A DNA stretch of 64,000 nucleotides from Thermodesulfovibrionales bacterium (GCA_963715195.1 CAVQRT010000031.1:160001-224000), one strand, 5' to 3'. Positions 1-12,834 are shown, counted from the first letter of the stretch. Numbers and translations: made by a program. Notes: generated from the letters alone by a model not told the origin.

Positions 1-567
1 GACGGTTCTTACGACCAGCTTGTATTCGAGGGCAAACCGGTGGACTTCAGAAAGATAGCACGGAAGAAGGTGCCGTTCATTTACGGGAGCTCGCTTTCGA
101 AGGATTTCAACTATCCCGGTTCTCGGATAGGCTGGGTGGCGTTCCACGGCGATAAGTGGGAAGAGGTGAAGAACGCTTTTTTCCTCTTGTGCAACCAGCG
201 TTTGTCCGTTAACTGGGAGTATCAGAAAGCGGCAGCCGCTGCGATAACCTACCCATCGTATCCTGCATACGTCGCTGACATCAAGAGGAAGCTTATGGAG
301 CGAAGGAATGCATTCATGAACATTACGAGGGAGATGCCGCTGTCATTCCCTGTTCCGAAGGGCGCGTTCTATGCATTCATCAGGATAGAAACAAAGAAAT
401 GGAAAAAGGATATGGAGTTCGTGCGTGCAGCGCTGAAGGAAGGGGTTGTTTTTGTGCCGGGCTCCGGGTTTGGGAGGCAGGAGGACGGGGTGTATTTCAG
501 GACTACGTTCCTGCCGGAGCCGGAAGTCATCGAAGAGGCCTTTTCGAAGATCGGAAAGATTTTATAA
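1..567 (+). CDS. PLP-dependent aminotransferase class I/II, 5'-truncated by window edge
   Basis: Frame open from base 1 (DGSYDQLVFEG); PLP-lysine motif SLSKDFNYPGSRIGW; PKGAFY and VPGSGFG motifs. Confidence 0.9.
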   Translation, partial: DGSYDQLVFEGKPVDFRKIARKKVPFIYGSSLSKDFNYPGSRIGWVAFHGDKWEEVKNAFFLLCNQRLSVNWEYQKAAAAAITYPSYPAYVADIKRKLMERRNAFMNITREMPLSFPVPKGAFYAFIRIETKKWKKDMEFVRAALKEGVVFVPGSGFGRQEDGVYFRTTFLPEPEVIEEAFSKIGKIL

Positions 568-602
568 GTACCGCAAACCGCGCTCCTGCCGCAGTTCCTT
601 AA

Positions 603-632
603 TTGACAAAGCTTTTATGCGTATTTTACAGT
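603..632 (+). promoter_or_regulatory. Putative sigma70 promoter of tig-clpP-clpX
   Basis: TTGACA-N18-TACAGT upstream of GGGAGG RBS and TTG start. Confidence 0.45.
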
Positions 633-657
633 AATAGAAATCTTCGGGAGGTTCACG

Positions 658-1986
658 TTGCTCAAATCAATTGAAGACATTAATCAGACGAAGAAGCGCC
701 TGAGAATAGAAATACCGGCTGATCTTCTCGAAAGAGAGATGAAGAGTTCTCTTGAAAAACTTCGGCATACAGTCAGGATTCCGGGTTTCCGGCCCGGCAA
801 GGCTCCGGTCAGTCTTATCGAAAAGCGCTACGGCAAGCAGCTCGAAACAGAGGTGCTCGAAAAGGTGATGCCTGAGCAGCTCAGCAACGCTATCCGGGAA
901 GCTGCTATTGATCCCGTTACAATGCCGGTGCTGGAAGAAGAGTTCGAATACAAACGGCATAATCCCCTCGCTTTCGCGGTTACTTTGGAAATCAAACCGA
1001 AGATCGAAAATCTTACCTATGAAAACTTATCAGTCAGGGAGATCCCTGTGGAGGTTCAAGACGCAGAGATAGAGGACGCCCTGAAAGCCCTCCAGAACAA
1101 GAGAGCGGTCTTTGAAGTTGCCGATAAAATGATCGAGACGGATGACTTTGTTTCGTTCGAATACGTTGACAGTGAAATTACCGGACAAGAAGATATCCCC
1201 TCTGCGAAAGAGATTATTTCGAAAATGGGAAACGAACTATTTCCACCTGATATTCTCGAGAAGGTCCTCGGAAAACAGAAGGGCGATATCATTGAGTTTG
1301 AAAAGACTTTCGATGCGATCGAAGAAAAGGAACTCACAGGGAAAACAGCCCGGATTAAGGTCAGAATCAGCGAGGTCAAGAGAAAAACCCTGCCGGAGAT
1401 CAACGACGATTTCGCGAAAGACCTTGGCTATGAAACGGTTGCTGAATTGAGGGAAAAGGTACGAGATAAAATACATGCTGCGAAGAGAGAGCATATCGGC
1501 AAGATACAAAAAGCGGATATTGTCAGAAAGCTTGTTGATGCAAATACCTTTGAAGTTCCCGAATCCCTTGTGCAAAGGGAGATCGAAACCATCATGATGC
1601 ACAAAAGCGTTTCCGGTGGACAGGAGGCACCTGCATCAGAAGATACTGTCGAAGAGATCCTTGAACCTGCGTCCTCCGGACAAGATACGGAACCGAAGAA
1701 AGAAGAGGATCTTCAGGCAGACATGAGAACCAGAGCCCTGAGGAATGTGCAGGCACATTTTATTCTGGATACCATTGGCCGGCAGGAAGGCATCGTCGTG
1801 TCAGATGCCGAGGTCGATGAGCGGATAGCTTCTCTTGCTCAGAAATTGTCGACAACCCCTGAAGCGATCAGAAACTTTTATGCTTACCGGGAAGGTTCCA
1901 TCGAGAGTCTGAAGCAGTCGATATTCGAGGATAAAGTGATGGACTTGCTCGTCGCCCGGGCAACGATTGAAAAGGAGAATACATGA
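658..1986 (+). CDS. tig: Trigger factor
   Basis: Ribosome-binding signature [10 protein letters not shown]; tig-clpP-clpX synteny. Confidence 0.96.
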   Translation: MLKSIEDINQTKKRLRIEIPADLLEREMKSSLEKLRHTVRIPGFRPGKAPVSLIEKRYGKQLETEVLEKVMPEQLSNAIREAAIDPVTMPVLEEEFEYKRHNPLAFAVTLEIKPKIENLTYENLSVREIPVEVQDAEIEDALKALQNKRAVFEVADKMIETDDFVSFEYVDSEITGQEDIPSAKEIISKMGNELFPPDILEKVLGKQKGDIIEFEKTFDAIEEKELTGKTARIKVRISEVKRKTLPEINDDFAKDLGYETVAELREKVRDKIHAAKREHIGKIQKADIVRKLVDANTFEVPESLVQREIETIMMHKSVSGGQEAPASEDTVEEILEPASSGQDTEPKKEEDLQADMRTRALRNVQAHFILDTIGRQEGIVVSDAEVDERIASLAQKLSTTPEAIRNFYAYREGSIESLKQSIFEDKVMDLLVARATIEKENT

Positions 1987-2585
1987 GCATTATCCCGATT
2001 GTTATAGAGCAGACCGGCCGTACAGAGAGGGCGTATGACATCTACTCAAGGCTTCTGAAGGACAGAATAATTTTTGTCGGTACCGGCATTGACGACATGG
2101 TCGCCAATATCGTTATCGCACAGCTTCTGTTTCTGCAGACTGAAGATCCTGACAAGGATATCCATTTATATGTTAATTCGCCGGGAGGTATTGTCTCTTC
2201 CGGTCTCGCAATATATGATACCATGCAGTACGTGAAGCCCGACATCGCTACTTACTGCATCGGGCAGGCTGCGAGCATGGGCGCTCTTCTTCTTGCTGCC
2301 GGTGCGAAAGGGAAACGGTTTGCCTTACCTCATTCCCGAATCATGCTGCATCAGCCTATGGGAGGATTTCACGGCCAGGCGACTGACATCGAGATCCATG
2401 CGCGGGAGATTCTCCGGATGAAGGAGACGTTGAATACGATACTCTCGTTCCATACCGGTCAGTCTCTTGACAAGATACAGACGGATACAGACCGGGATTT
2501 CTTCATGTCCGGGAGTGAGGCGAAGGAATACGGCATTGTCGATGAGGTTATCAGCAGCATTAAGGAGAAGAAGAGCCATGGCTAA
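1983..2585 (+). CDS. clpP: ATP-dependent Clp protease proteolytic subunit
   Basis: [20 protein letters not shown] (catalytic Ser), RIMLHQP. Confidence 0.98.
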   Translation: MSIIPIVIEQTGRTERAYDIYSRLLKDRIIFVGTGIDDMVANIVIAQLLFLQTEDPDKDIHLYVNSPGGIVSSGLAIYDTMQYVKPDIATYCIGQAASMGALLLAAGAKGKRFALPHSRIMLHQPMGGFHGQATDIEIHAREILRMKETLNTILSFHTGQSLDKIQTDTDRDFFMSGSEAKEYGIVDEVISSIKEKKSHG

Positions 2586-3819
2586 GAAGGATGAAAATGC
2601 ACTGAAGTGTTCTTTCTGCGGCAAGGGGCATAATGAAGTAAAAAAGCTCATTGCAGGCCCTACCGTTTACATATGCAATGAATGCGTGGAGTTATGCAAT
2701 GAGATTATTGCAGATACGATCCATGACGAGATAAAGGTTCCCTCCCTGCCGAGGCTCCCGGCGCCGAAGGAGATCCATCATTCTCTTAATGATTATGTGA
2801 TCGGTCAGGAACGGGCAAAGAAGATCCTCTCGGTTGCAGTGCATAATCATTACAAGAGAATCTACAGTCCGGCAGAGCCTGATGTTGAACTGCAGAAGAG
2901 CAACATACTCCTCATAGGGCCTACCGGGACGGGGAAGACACTCTTTGCGCAGACCCTTGCAAAAATCCTCGATGTGCCTTTTGCAATTGCCGATGCAACT
3001 ACGCTTACCGAAGCGGGATATGTCGGTGAGGACGTGGAGAATATTATTCTGAAGCTGCTCCAATCCGCGGACTATGATACAGAAAGGGCACAGCGCGGCA
3101 TTGTGTACATCGATGAAATCGATAAAATAAGCAGAAAAGCGGATAATCCCTCTATTACACGAGACGTTTCCGGTGAGGGTGTTCAGCAGGCCCTGCTGAA
3201 GCTGATCGAGGGGACGACAGCGAATATCCCGCCGCAGGGCGGGCGAAAACATCCTCAGCAGGAATACATCCAGGTTGATACAACAAATATTCTCTTTTTA
3301 TGCGGTGGTGCCTTTATCGGACTTGACAAAATCGTTGAGCAGAGGATCGGACAGAGAACAGTGGGGTTTATTTCTGATACGGTAGCGAGGAAAGAGCGGA
3401 AGATCGGCGAGATTCTGAGCCATGTCGAACCTGAGGACCTGATCAAATACGGACTCATACCGGAGTTTGTGGGAAGGATGCCGGTTGTGGCGGGACTTGA
3501 TGAGCTCGATGAAGTAACGCTCATAAAGATTCTGACCGAACCGAAGAATGCACTCGTGAAGCAGTACCAGAGGCTCCTCTCCTTTGAGAATGTCAGGCTC
3601 AGATTTTCCGATAGTGCGCTTTCTGCTATCGCCAAAAAGACCATTCAGAGGAAAACGGGTGCCCGCGGATTACGTTCCATCCTTGAGGAAATTATGCTGG
3701 AGGTCATGTACGAGATCCCCTCCCAGAAAGGCATAAAGGAGTGTCTCGTGTCAGAGGAGACCATTGTCAAGAATGAAAAACCGATCCTCATATATGAGAA
3801 GAAGGCCGAATCTGCGTAG
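2578..3819 (+). CDS. clpX: ATP-dependent Clp protease ATP-binding subunit ClpX
   Basis: C4 zinc finger CSFCGK...CNEC, Walker [13 protein letters not shown]; start moved to ATG 2578 after AAGGAG. Confidence 0.97.
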   Translation: MAKKDENALKCSFCGKGHNEVKKLIAGPTVYICNECVELCNEIIADTIHDEIKVPSLPRLPAPKEIHHSLNDYVIGQERAKKILSVAVHNHYKRIYSPAEPDVELQKSNILLIGPTGTGKTLFAQTLAKILDVPFAIADATTLTEAGYVGEDVENIILKLLQSADYDTERAQRGIVYIDEIDKISRKADNPSITRDVSGEGVQQALLKLIEGTTANIPPQGGRKHPQQEYIQVDTTNILFLCGGAFIGLDKIVEQRIGQRTVGFISDTVARKERKIGEILSHVEPEDLIKYGLIPEFVGRMPVVAGLDELDEVTLIKILTEPKNALVKQYQRLLSFENVRLRFSDSALSAIAKKTIQRKTGARGLRSILEEIMLEVMYEIPSQKGIKECLVSEETIVKNEKPILIYEKKAESA

Positions 3820-3882
3820 AAAGATTCCGGGCAAACAAGAATACTTGAATATATGTGTGGATTTTGGGCGGCTTTGTGAGGA

Positions 3883-4326
3883 TTACGCCATCTTGCCGGC
3901 TGCTATAGCTTTTGCGATAGTTTTCTGAAGGGTCTCTTTCAATTCTTTGTCCCGGATGTCCGAAACAGTTTCTTCAATGAAGGAGCAGTCATGTTCCGTA
4001 AGGAATTTCCCTTTTCGGTCTTTGCTGTCTTCCTCCTGATTTGCCAGAGGATTGACTCTGCCAAGTCTGAACCGGATCGTCCTCACCTGATATGAAGCAA
4101 GTTTCTTGATGATATCTTCCTGATAAAATTTAAGCTCCTGAAGCCAGACCGGGGAATCAACAGTCAGGAGCAGCTCATTCCCCGACAACAGGGACGGCGA
4201 CATGTGGCAAGACAAAGGCTTTTGAAACAGGATATGCCAGCGAGATTTTACCTGAGCGAGCCTGATACCATCATCGATACCCAGGTCCCTGACAAGAGGC
4301 TTCAATAAGACATCTGCCCTCTTCAC
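3883..4326 (-). CDS. DUF721/DciA family protein
   Basis: Conserved [15 protein letters not shown] and IRFRLG pattern; GTG start overlaps rpmB stop (GTGA). Confidence 0.75.
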   Translation of the reverse strand: MKRADVLLKPLVRDLGIDDGIRLAQVKSRWHILFQKPLSCHMSPSLLSGNELLLTVDSPVWLQELKFYQEDIIKKLASYQVRTIRFRLGRVNPLANQEEDSKDRKGKFLTEHDCSFIEETVSDIRDKELKETLQKTIAKAIAAGKMA

Positions 4327-4514
4327 GAAATTGCTTTTTTCACCGCACCGGAACGCAGACACCTCGTACAAACATAACGTCTCTTGACGCTTGTATTCAT
4401 GAGAACGCGCATCTTCTGAAGATTGGGCATGATCAGCCTTTTCGTTTTGTTGTTTGCATGGCTGACGTTATTGCCGATTGCCCTTTGTTTCCCGCATATA
4501 GCGCATTGTGCCAT
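4323..4514 (-). CDS. rpmB: 50S ribosomal protein L28 (Cys-containing form)
   Basis: [31 protein letters not shown]. Confidence 0.96.
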   Translation of the reverse strand: MAQCAICGKQRAIGNNVSHANNKTKRLIMPNLQKMRVLMNTSVKRRYVCTRCLRSGAVKKAIS

Positions 4515-4676
4515 TCTGTTCAATCTCCTCTCTCATTGCATTAACACAGTTTATTATGATAACATGTAAAAATAGTTGTTACAAGTATTAGATAAAGCGG
4601 GGATTTGCGATATATATCGTTCTCCCTGTCGAAGAGTTTTAGAAAATTCCTGCTGTATATTCAGGGTAAAAATTAT

Positions 4677-7007
4677 ATGCAGAAGATAAGAATTTATGAG
4701 CTTGCAAAAAAACTGAGCATACCGAACAAGATTATTGTGAATGAACTTTCAAAGCTCGGGATGAAGGGAAAAACCCACTCCTCAAGTATTGATCCTGACA
4801 TTGCTCAAAAAATAGAGAATATTTTTCGGCAGAGGACAGCTCACGCACAACCAGAGCCCGCACCTTCCATAACCCCTGTTTCTGAACCTGTTCGGTCGGA
4901 TATCCAGAAAGCACGCAGGGAAACGAAAAGAACGGGACCTCCTCTGCGCGCGCCTGTTCATGAAAAGCAGGAAGTTGAAGCACCCGAGCTTCGTAAGACG
5001 ACGCCGGAAACCTTGCAGGCAGTGACCCCGGCCGAGGAAGATGAACTGAAAATTCCCGACCGGTTTAAAAAGGAGCTGGAGACCGAAAAAATAGAAAAAT
5101 TTAAGGCGAAACCGGGCATGCAGAGGGCTTTTCAGACTATCAGGAAAATAGAACCCAAACGATGGCATGACCAGAGGTCACAGAAACGGACAGGGAGGCC
5201 GCGAAGCTATCAGACCGATGACAGGAAACCGCAGGTCCAGCCGGCAGCACCACGAAAGAAGACTCTGAAACTCCAGGAAGGCACAACGGTGAAGGAATTT
5301 GCCGAACTGATTAGTGTCAAACTGTCTGACGTGATCAAGAAATTCATGGAACTCGGCTATATGCCGACCATTAACCAGCCTGTTGATACCGATGCAGCAT
5401 TATTAATTGCGGAGAATTTCGGCGTCAAACTCGAACTGGCAGCCATTGAAGAAGATACGGTTGATATCGAGGCACCTGAGGATCTCAGTAAGGTTATACC
5501 TCGGGCTCCAGTGGTGACGATCATGGGACATGTCGACCACGGGAAGACTTCACTCCTTGACGCTATCAGGGAAACCAAAGTTACCGAAAGTGAAGCAGGC
5601 GGTATTACTCAACATATCGGAGCATATAAAGTTAATCTCAGCGGCAAGGATATCGTATTTCTGGATACCCCCGGTCACGAGGCATTTACCTCAATGAGAG
5701 CACGAGGTGCAAAGGTGACGGATATAGTTGTCCTTGTTGTGGCTGCTGATGACGGTGTCATGCCGCAGACCGTGGAAGCGATCAACCATGCAAGAGCGGC
5801 CAAAGTGCCGATTGTTGTCGCGGTCAATAAAATTGATAAGCCAGAGGCGAATCTTTCAAAAGTGAGAAATGAACTTTCGGAGCTGGGTATCATTTCGGAG
5901 GAATGGGGAGGCCAGAATATATTCGTTGAGGTTTCCGCCAAAAAACGTATCGGCATCGAACACGTTCTCGAGATGATACTTCTCCAGGCGGAGATGATGG
6001 AACTCAAGGCGAATCCGGACAAGGCTGCCCGGGGGACGATCATTGAGGCGAAGCTCGATAAAGGAAGGGGCCCGGTCGCCACCGTCCTGGTGCAGTCTGG
6101 TTCGCTGCATGCCGGTGATGCATTTCTCTCAGGAACACATGCGGGAAAAGTGAGGGCTCTCATTGACGACAGCGGAAAGAGGATAACCGAAGCAGGTCCT
6201 TCGACGCCGGTAGAAGTTATTGGATTCGCGGATGTCCCTTCATCGGGGGATATATTTACCGTCGTCGAAGATGAAAAAAGGGCCCGGCAGGTAGCTCTCG
6301 TACGGCAGCAGAAGGAGAGGCTTGCCGAGATAGCACGCACAGGAAAGCTCACCCTTGATGATCTGTACGCAAAAATAAAGGAAGGTGAGATCAGGGAACT
6401 GTATATCATCATAAAAGGGGATGTCCAGGGTTCGGTCGAGGCGATGAAAGATGCACTCGAACATATCTCGCATCCTCAGGTAAAAGTGAAAGTGATCCAC
6501 TCATCGGTCGGCGGCATTAATGAATCAGACGTCATGCTTGCCACTGCGTCCAGTGCAATCATCATTGGCTTCAATGTAAGGCCTGAGTTCAAGGCGTCCC
6601 AGGTTGCGGAAAAAGAGGCTGTTGATATCAGATTGTACAATGTCATATACGAAGCCATTGAAGACGTAAAGAAGGCGCTCGAGGGACTCCTTGAGCCGAC
6701 TCTCAGGGAGAAGACCCTTGGAAGGGCGGAAGTGCGTCAGATCTTTCCCATATCGAGGATCGGGACGGTTGCCGGATGTTACGTTCTTGATGGTACGATC
6801 AGCCGTTCAAGCGATGGTACCCGGATTATCAGGGACAATATTGTTGCCTATGACGGGAAAATCAGCTCCCTCAAGAGGTTCAAAGAAGATGTCAGGGAAG
6901 TTCAGGCAGGATATGAGTGTGGTATCATGATCGAAAACTTCAATGATCTGAAAGTCGGGGATATCCTCGAGAACTATATCATCGAAAAGATCGCTGCAAA
7001 ATTATAA
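4677..7007 (+). CDS. infB: Translation initiation factor IF-2
   Basis: N-terminal [32 protein letters not shown]-terminal SLKRFKEDV. Confidence 0.98.
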   Translation: MQKIRIYELAKKLSIPNKIIVNELSKLGMKGKTHSSSIDPDIAQKIENIFRQRTAHAQPEPAPSITPVSEPVRSDIQKARRETKRTGPPLRAPVHEKQEVEAPELRKTTPETLQAVTPAEEDELKIPDRFKKELETEKIEKFKAKPGMQRAFQTIRKIEPKRWHDQRSQKRTGRPRSYQTDDRKPQVQPAAPRKKTLKLQEGTTVKEFAELISVKLSDVIKKFMELGYMPTINQPVDTDAALLIAENFGVKLELAAIEEDTVDIEAPEDLSKVIPRAPVVTIMGHVDHGKTSLLDAIRETKVTESEAGGITQHIGAYKVNLSGKDIVFLDTPGHEAFTSMRARGAKVTDIVVLVVAADDGVMPQTVEAINHARAAKVPIVVAVNKIDKPEANLSKVRNELSELGIISEEWGGQNIFVEVSAKKRIGIEHVLEMILLQAEMMELKANPDKAARGTIIEAKLDKGRGPVATVLVQSGSLHAGDAFLSGTHAGKVRALIDDSGKRITEAGPSTPVEVIGFADVPSSGDIFTVVEDEKRARQVALVRQQKERLAEIARTGKLTLDDLYAKIKEGEIRELYIIIKGDVQGSVEAMKDALEHISHPQVKVKVIHSSVGGINESDVMLATASSAIIIGFNVRPEFKASQVAEKEAVDIRLYNVIYEAIEDVKKALEGLLEPTLREKTLGRAEVRQIFPISRIGTVAGCYVLDGTISRSSDGTRIIRDNIVAYDGKISSLKRFKEDVREVQAGYECGIMIENFNDLKVGDILENYIIEKIAAKL

Positions 7008-7116
7008 AGAAGAAAATCCTAATTTCTAAATTCGAAATCCCAAAAATCAGTTCTGAACTTAAACATTTTTATACAGAATTTTTCCTTATCTGTGGTTGTA
7101 GCGTGATCATATAGTC

Positions 7117-7183
7117 TGTCATCCCGGCTTGGCCGGAATCTTTCTGGAAGGATTCCTGAGGCGCCTCGCGTGCGGGAATGACA
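7117..7183. repeat. REP-like palindromic element (TGTCAT...ATGACA family), copy 1
   Basis: TGTCATCCCGGCTTGGCCGGAATC...GATTCC...GCGGGAATGACA; related copies elsewhere in window. Confidence 0.75.
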
Positions 7184-7265
7184 CACGCATTTATTGATGA
7201 AGTTATAGTTTGCATTCTGATTTACTTAGAATTTAGCTATTAGAATTTAGAACTTTCGAGGTACT

Positions 7266-7625
7266 ATGCATCCGTACAAGCGTTCTCAACGAGTTAGTGA
7301 TCTTCTGCGGGAAGAAATTGCCGACATAATTTTTTTTAAACTGAAGGACCCGCGGATAGGGTTTCTGACGGTCACCGGCGTTGATGTCACTGACGATCTT
7401 AAAATTGCTGTTGTGTATGTAAGTATTCTGAAGGAAGAGGAAAAACAATCCACACTTGACATCTTGCATGCGGCTAAAAGCTTCATACGGTCTGAATTGT
7501 CCAAACGGCTGAAGATGAAGTTTATCCCGACAGTTGATTTCAGACTGGATACCTCTATTGAATACGGAAACAGAATCGAACAACTCCTCCATGAGATCAG
7601 AGAAAAAGATGAACATTCCACCTAA
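7266..7625 (+). CDS. rbfA: Ribosome-binding factor A
   Basis: RSQRVSDLLREEIA, LKDPRIG, RLKMKFIP; downstream of infB. Confidence 0.96.
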   Translation: MHPYKRSQRVSDLLREEIADIIFFKLKDPRIGFLTVTGVDVTDDLKIAVVYVSILKEEEKQSTLDILHAAKSFIRSELSKRLKMKFIPTVDFRLDTSIEYGNRIEQLLHEIREKDEHST

Positions 7626-8574
7626 TCTCATCGCATTCCTGAAAGGGAACGACGATTTTTTTATTGCTACGCATATTAACCCGGAAGGCGATGCATTGGG
7701 TTCATCTCTCGCACTCTCTATGGCATTGAATACGATCGGGAAGAGCACGGTGCTTTTTGACCAGGACGGGGTTCCCGATTTTTACCGATTTTTACCCGGG
7801 CATGAACATATACGGCGAACCTGCAACGGCCTGCAGCCTTCTGATTTCAACCTCCTGCTGCTTGATTGCAATACCCCCCGGAGGGCAGGCATCGAAGGAC
7901 TCACTTTCAGACAATGCGCTGTCATAGATCATCATGAAACAGAATCGGATTTCGGTGACGTTCGCTGGATTGAGCCAAAGGCAGCGGCAACGGGATTGAT
8001 GATTTTTTCTCTTATCAGGGAATTAGGTATCGGGATTACCAAAGAGATGGCCACTAATCTCTATACGGCTATTGCAATCGATACGGGAACATTCAGGTTC
8101 GGCAACACGACGGCAGAGGTTTTGCGCGTTGCCGCGGAGCTCGCTGAAACAGGAGCATCCCCTTCATTCATATCAGCCAGTCTTTACGAAACCTGGTCAG
8201 AGGCACGGTTCAATCTACTGAGGCTGGCGCTGCAGACGCTTGAGATCAGGAGCAAGGTTGCTTTTACTTTTGTGAACAGGGAGATGTTCGCAAAGACCGG
8301 GACAGGCCCTGAGGATACCGAAAATTTTTCAAGTTTTCCAAGGATTGTCAAGGATATCCGAATCTCTGCATTTTTCAGGGAAATCGATGATGATTACTGG
8401 AAAGTAAGCCTGCGTTCAAAAGGTGATATCAATGTCTCAGTGATCGCGGTTCTCTTTCAAGGCGGAGGGCATAAGAATGCCGCCGGTTATTTTATAAAAG
8501 CCCCTCTCGAATCCGCAAAAGAATTGCTCCTTACGAAGGTATCGGAACTCTCAGAGAGCACCTTACCGGTCTAA
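7609..8574 (+). CDS. nrnA: DHH family phosphoesterase (NrnA-like)
   Basis: [29 protein letters not shown]; follows rbfA. Confidence 0.88.
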   Translation: MNIPPNLIAFLKGNDDFFIATHINPEGDALGSSLALSMALNTIGKSTVLFDQDGVPDFYRFLPGHEHIRRTCNGLQPSDFNLLLLDCNTPRRAGIEGLTFRQCAVIDHHETESDFGDVRWIEPKAAATGLMIFSLIRELGIGITKEMATNLYTAIAIDTGTFRFGNTTAEVLRVAAELAETGASPSFISASLYETWSEARFNLLRLALQTLEIRSKVAFTFVNREMFAKTGTGPEDTENFSSFPRIVKDIRISAFFREIDDDYWKVSLRSKGDINVSVIAVLFQGGGHKNAAGYFIKAPLESAKELLLTKVSELSESTLPV

Positions 8575-11207
8575 ACTTTTCCCGCTGCGCCTGCCTCTTT
8601 CGAGAAAGTAATCCGATCTTTTGTAAAATCCACCATGACGGTGTCACCTTCTCCAAATGTCCTGTCAAGGATGCTCATCGCGAGCGGATTCAGGATCTCT
8701 CTCTGCAGGGCCCTCTTTAACGGCCGTGCTCCGTAGATGGGATCGAATCCGATGTCTGCGAAATATTCTTTTGCGTTTTCCGTCAATCTGATTTCGATAT
8801 TTTTTTCACCAATGTATTTCTTCATCCTGTTCACCTGAATTTCAACAATCTGCTTCAGGAGTTCCCTTGTCAGTGGATTGAAGACAAGAATTTCATCAAC
8901 CCTGTTCAGAAATTCCGGCCTGAAAAACATCTTGAGGTCACCCATGATCTTGTCTTTTAATTCAGCGTTGTTGATGACCCAGTAAGCTGATGGTTTCTTT
9001 GCCCTGTCTTCGAGCATTTCCTGGATGTGCGCACCCCCGATATTCGATGTCATGATCACGACCGTGTTTCTGAAATCTACGGTTCTGCCGTGACTGTCCG
9101 TGAGCCTGCCGTCATCGAGCAGCTGCAGGAGTAAATTGAAGACCTCGGGATGTGCCTTCTCGACTTCATCAAACAGGATCACCGAATACGGCTTTCTTCT
9201 GACGGCTTCCGTAAGCTGTCCGCCTTCTTCATATCCGACATAGCCTGGAGGAGCGCCGATAAGCCGCGAGACTGTATGTCTTTCCTGATACTCGGACATA
9301 TCGATTCTGATCATTGCATTTTCATCATCAAAGAGAAACTCGGCAAGAGCCCTGGCGAGTTCGGTTTTCCCGACGCCGGTGGGTCCGAGGAAGATAAAAG
9401 AACCGATAGGCCTGTTCGGATCCTGTATGCCAGCACGTGCACGCCGCACTGCGTTCGATACCGCTTCGATCGCTTCACCCTGTCCAACCACTCTTTGCCG
9501 GAGACGGTCATCCATATGGAGGAGCTTCTGCACCTCGCCTTCGAGCATGCGGCTGACAGGAACCCCTGTCCATTTGGAAACGACTTCAGCAATATCCTCT
9601 TCGTCGACCTCTTCTTTCAGCATCTTCCGTTTCTGCTGGGCTTTGAACAATTTCTTGTTTTCCGCATCGAGTGATCGCTGCAATTCGAGCATCTTTCCGT
9701 ATCTCAGCTCTGCTGCCTTTGCGAGGTCCCCTTCGCGTTCAGCTCTTTCTGAGTTTATCTTTGTCTTTTCGATCTGCTCCTTGGAATCCCGTATCCTCGC
9801 GATAATCTCCTTTTCGCTCATCCATTGAGCCCGCAATTCATCCCGCTTTGTTTGCAGCTCCGCAATTTCTCTCCTGATCTTTTCGAGCCTTTCCTTTGCA
9901 TCTTTTGAGTCTTCTTTCATAACTGCCTGTTTTTCTATCTCGAACTGTCTCAGCTTTCTCTCTATTTCGTCGAGCTCAATCGGCATACTGTCGATCTCCA
10001 TCCTCAGTTTTGATGAAGACTCATCGATAAGGTCAATAGCCTTGTCCGGAAGGAATCTGTCGGTGATGTACCTGTTCGAGAGCACTGCGGCGGCGATCAA
10101 GGCAGAGTCTTTGATCTTGACACCGTGGTGAACTTCATACCGCTCCTTCAGGCCCCGGAGTATCGAAATGGTGTCTTCAACGTTTGGCTCCCTGATAAGG
10201 ATTGGCTGAAACCTTCTTTCGAGTGCCGGATCCTTTTCAATGTGTTTCCGGTATTCATCAATCGTTGTTGCTCCAACGCACCTGAGATCTCCCCGTGCGA
10301 GGGCAGGTTTGAGCATGTTTGATGCATCAATCGCGCCCTCAGCAGCCCCGGCTCCCACGAGGGTATGCAGTTCATCGATGAAGACGATCACCTTGCCTTC
10401 GGCCTGTTCTATATCTTTCAGGACAGCCTTAAGCCGCTCTTCAAACTCCCCCCTGAATTTTGTCCCTGCAACGAGGGCTCCCATATCGAGAGCAACAACC
10501 TTCTTGTCTTTCAAGGTTTCAGGAACATCCCCTACAACGATCCTCTGCGCAAGCCCTTCTGCAATGGCAGTCTTTCCGACTCCGGGCTCTCCGATAAGCA
10601 CGGGATTATTCTTGGTCCTCCGCGAGAGAACCTGGATGATTCTTCTGATTTCGTCATCACGGCCGATAACAGGGTCAAGTTTGCCCTTGCGTGCGAACTC
10701 CGTGAGGTCCCGGCTGTATCGCTTCAATGCCTGATACTTGTCCTCGGGATTCGGGTCGGTTACCCGCTGCGCACCCCGTATCTCACTCATGGCTGACAGA
10801 ACCCTATCAGGTGTTGCCCCGTATTTTTTCAGAAGATCAGAGCAGGGTCCGCCGATGGTAATGAGTGAAACAAGCAAATGCTCGACACTGACGAATTCGT
10901 CCTTGAGATGTCCGGCATTCTTCTGAGCATTCTCGAATACTTCTTTCAGCCGTGGCGATAGATATATCTGCCCCAGGGGTGTTGCACCGATGACCTTTGG
11001 AAATTTATCGATCGCGTCCTCAACATCCTGCTGAAGAGACCGCGTATCCACTCCCAGCCGTTTAAGAATCTGACAGGCGACACCTTCTTCATCTTCGAGA
11101 AGGGCCCACAGCAGGTGTTCTGCATCAATCTGCTGGTTGCCTTTTCTCTCGGCGAATCTCTGGGCCCCCTGTATCGCCTCCTGGCTTTTCATGGTCAATT
11201 TATCCAT
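8571..11207 (-). CDS. clpB: Chaperone ClpB
   Basis: Two AAA modules ([16 protein letters not shown]), coiled-coil M domain, GAPPGYVGY; start ATG 11207 after AGGAGG. Confidence 0.97.
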   Translation of the reverse strand: MDKLTMKSQEAIQGAQRFAERKGNQQIDAEHLLWALLEDEEGVACQILKRLGVDTRSLQQDVEDAIDKFPKVIGATPLGQIYLSPRLKEVFENAQKNAGHLKDEFVSVEHLLVSLITIGGPCSDLLKKYGATPDRVLSAMSEIRGAQRVTDPNPEDKYQALKRYSRDLTEFARKGKLDPVIGRDDEIRRIIQVLSRRTKNNPVLIGEPGVGKTAIAEGLAQRIVVGDVPETLKDKKVVALDMGALVAGTKFRGEFEERLKAVLKDIEQAEGKVIVFIDELHTLVGAGAAEGAIDASNMLKPALARGDLRCVGATTIDEYRKHIEKDPALERRFQPILIREPNVEDTISILRGLKERYEVHHGVKIKDSALIAAAVLSNRYITDRFLPDKAIDLIDESSSKLRMEIDSMPIELDEIERKLRQFEIEKQAVMKEDSKDAKERLEKIRREIAELQTKRDELRAQWMSEKEIIARIRDSKEQIEKTKINSERAEREGDLAKAAELRYGKMLELQRSLDAENKKLFKAQQKRKMLKEEVDEEDIAEVVSKWTGVPVSRMLEGEVQKLLHMDDRLRQRVVGQGEAIEAVSNAVRRARAGIQDPNRPIGSFIFLGPTGVGKTELARALAEFLFDDENAMIRIDMSEYQERHTVSRLIGAPPGYVGYEEGGQLTEAVRRKPYSVILFDEVEKAHPEVFNLLLQLLDDGRLTDSHGRTVDFRNTVVIMTSNIGGAHIQEMLEDRAKKPSAYWVINNAELKDKIMGDLKMFFRPEFLNRVDEILVFNPLTRELLKQIVEIQVNRMKKYIGEKNIEIRLTENAKEYFADIGFDPIYGARPLKRALQREILNPLAMSILDRTFGEGDTVMVDFTKDRITFSKEAGAAGKV

Positions 11208-11252
11208 TCTGAAAAAACCTCCTTGCATATACTCTGTACATACATTATTGGT

Positions 11253-11341
11253 TGTCATTATCCGGCTTGACCGGATAATCCAGAAACTATTAATCCCAGT
11301 AGATTTCGGGACTGGATTCCCCGATCAAGTCGGGGATGACA
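11253..11341. repeat. REP-like paired palindromic element, copy 2
   Basis: TGTCATTATCCGGCTTGACCGGATAATCCAG...CTGGATTCCCCGATCAAGTCGGGGATGACA. Confidence 0.85.
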
Positions 11342-11376
11342 GCTTGGTTTAGAAATTCTCTATTGAAAGAAGCTAT

Positions 11377-11727
11377 TTACTCCTCAGTAAAAATTCTCCG
11401 TAATTTTTTTATGAAATCCTTTTTGATATCTTCTTCGAGAAACACCATCATCTCTTCCGTTTCTCTCTGGAAAGCTTCAAGCCGCTGCCTCAGCCTGAGA
11501 ATAATCTCGACCCCGGATCTGTTGACGCCGAGTTCCCGCGTGAGCCGGAGGATCATCGCCAATCTTTCAACATCCTCCATGGAGTAGAGTCTGGTCCTTT
11601 TTGTTCTCTGGGGTCTTATAAGGCCTTCCCGTTCGTAGAGCCTGAGAGTCTGGGGATGGACATTGAGCATTTTTGCCACGATGCTGATCATGAATACGGG
11701 CTGTTTTTTATCTTCCGTTTCGATCAT
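11377..11727 (-). CDS. hspR: MerR-family heat-shock repressor HspR
   Basis: ISIVAKMLNVHPQTLRLYEREGL, LTRELGVN; between dnaJ paralog and clpB. Confidence 0.88.
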   Translation of the reverse strand: MIETEDKKQPVFMISIVAKMLNVHPQTLRLYEREGLIRPQRTKRTRLYSMEDVERLAMILRLTRELGVNRSGVEIILRLRQRLEAFQRETEEMMVFLEEDIKKDFIKKLRRIFTEE

Positions 11728-12815
11728 GCCTGCAACAACCTTTCGCGAGGGGATTCTCTATAGAGTTTTTCTATTTCCCTTACCTTGTCTTTTGCGCTGT
11801 CGTCCAGATTTTTTGGTACAGCGATTTTTATCACAAGGTATTGATTGCCCCGTATCCCTGTTCTTGGCGAAGGGAACCCCTTCCCGGAAAGCTTGAATCG
11901 CTGATTTCCCTGTGTGCCCTGCGGCAAGGTCATTGCCGCAACGCCGTCTATTGTCGGGACCTCGATCTTTGCTCCAAGTGCCGCCTCGACGAATGTTACG
12001 GGCAGATCAAGGTAAATATCGTCACCTTTCCTCTTAAAGATTGGATGGGATTTTACGGTGATTTCAATAAACAGATCACCGGAAGTGCTACCGCCTGCGC
12101 CTGCTCCTCCCATCCCCCTGAGTTTTACCCTGGAACCGTTGTCCGCCCCACCCGGGATCTTTACCCTGAGGGTTTCAGTGTGAATGGTCGTGCCGGTTCC
12201 TCGGCATGCTGAACAGACCTTGGTGACTTTTCTCCCCGTCCCTCCGCATGCACTGCAGGGCTGGGACATGCTGAAAAACCCTTTTGCGGTTTTAATACTT
12301 CCAGTACCTTTGCATACATTGCAAGCCTCAGATGATTCGGCCCCGGAGCCTTTACAGCTCCTGCACGTGATTTCCCTGTTAAAGGTGATCGTTTTGGTAA
12401 CGCCGGAAAAGGCCTCTTCAAGGGAGAGTTCGAGCCCCATGACCATGTCCGGGCCTTTGGCACGATAGGCTTCAGGCCTTGTTTTTGTCCCGAAAAGATC
12501 AGAGAATATGTCACCGAATCCTCCGTACTCAAATCCCTCCCTGAAATCGTATGACCTGAATCCTTCGAACCCGGGCCCGCCAGCCCGGAATTGTGTACTG
12601 CCGAACTGGTCGTATTGGGCTTTCTTCTTCGGGTCACCGAGCACCTCATACGCCTCATTGATTTCTTTGAATTTCTGTTCGGAAACCTTGTCGCCGGGAT
12701 TGAGGTCAGGGTGATATTTACGCGCAAGTTTCCTGTACGCCTTTTTTATTTCATCCGGTGAGGTGTCTTTCGTGACCCCGAGAATTTTATAAAAATCCTT
12801 ATCCTCTGATGCCAT
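11724..12815 (-). CDS. dnaJ: DnaJ family co-chaperone (second DnaJ)
   Basis: J domain with HPD, G/F region, four CxxCxGxG repeats. Confidence 0.92.
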   Translation of the reverse strand: MASEDKDFYKILGVTKDTSPDEIKKAYRKLARKYHPDLNPGDKVSEQKFKEINEAYEVLGDPKKKAQYDQFGSTQFRAGGPGFEGFRSYDFREGFEYGGFGDIFSDLFGTKTRPEAYRAKGPDMVMGLELSLEEAFSGVTKTITFNREITCRSCKGSGAESSEACNVCKGTGSIKTAKGFFSMSQPCSACGGTGRKVTKVCSACRGTGTTIHTETLRVKIPGGADNGSRVKLRGMGGAGAGGSTSGDLFIEITVKSHPIFKRKGDDIYLDLPVTFVEAALGAKIEVPTIDGVAAMTLPQGTQGNQRFKLSGKGFPSPRTGIRGNQYLVIKIAVPKNLDDSAKDKVREIEKLYRESPRERLLQA

Positions 12816-12834
12816 TTTTTATCCAATCGTTCAA

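Noticed and set aside
2467..2577. Extended N-termini in the ORF track (clpX, infB, nrnA, clpB, amtB, proC, ppx)
   Set aside because: Downstream starts match family N-termini, several with a clear RBS; extensions overlap other genes, promoters or repeats
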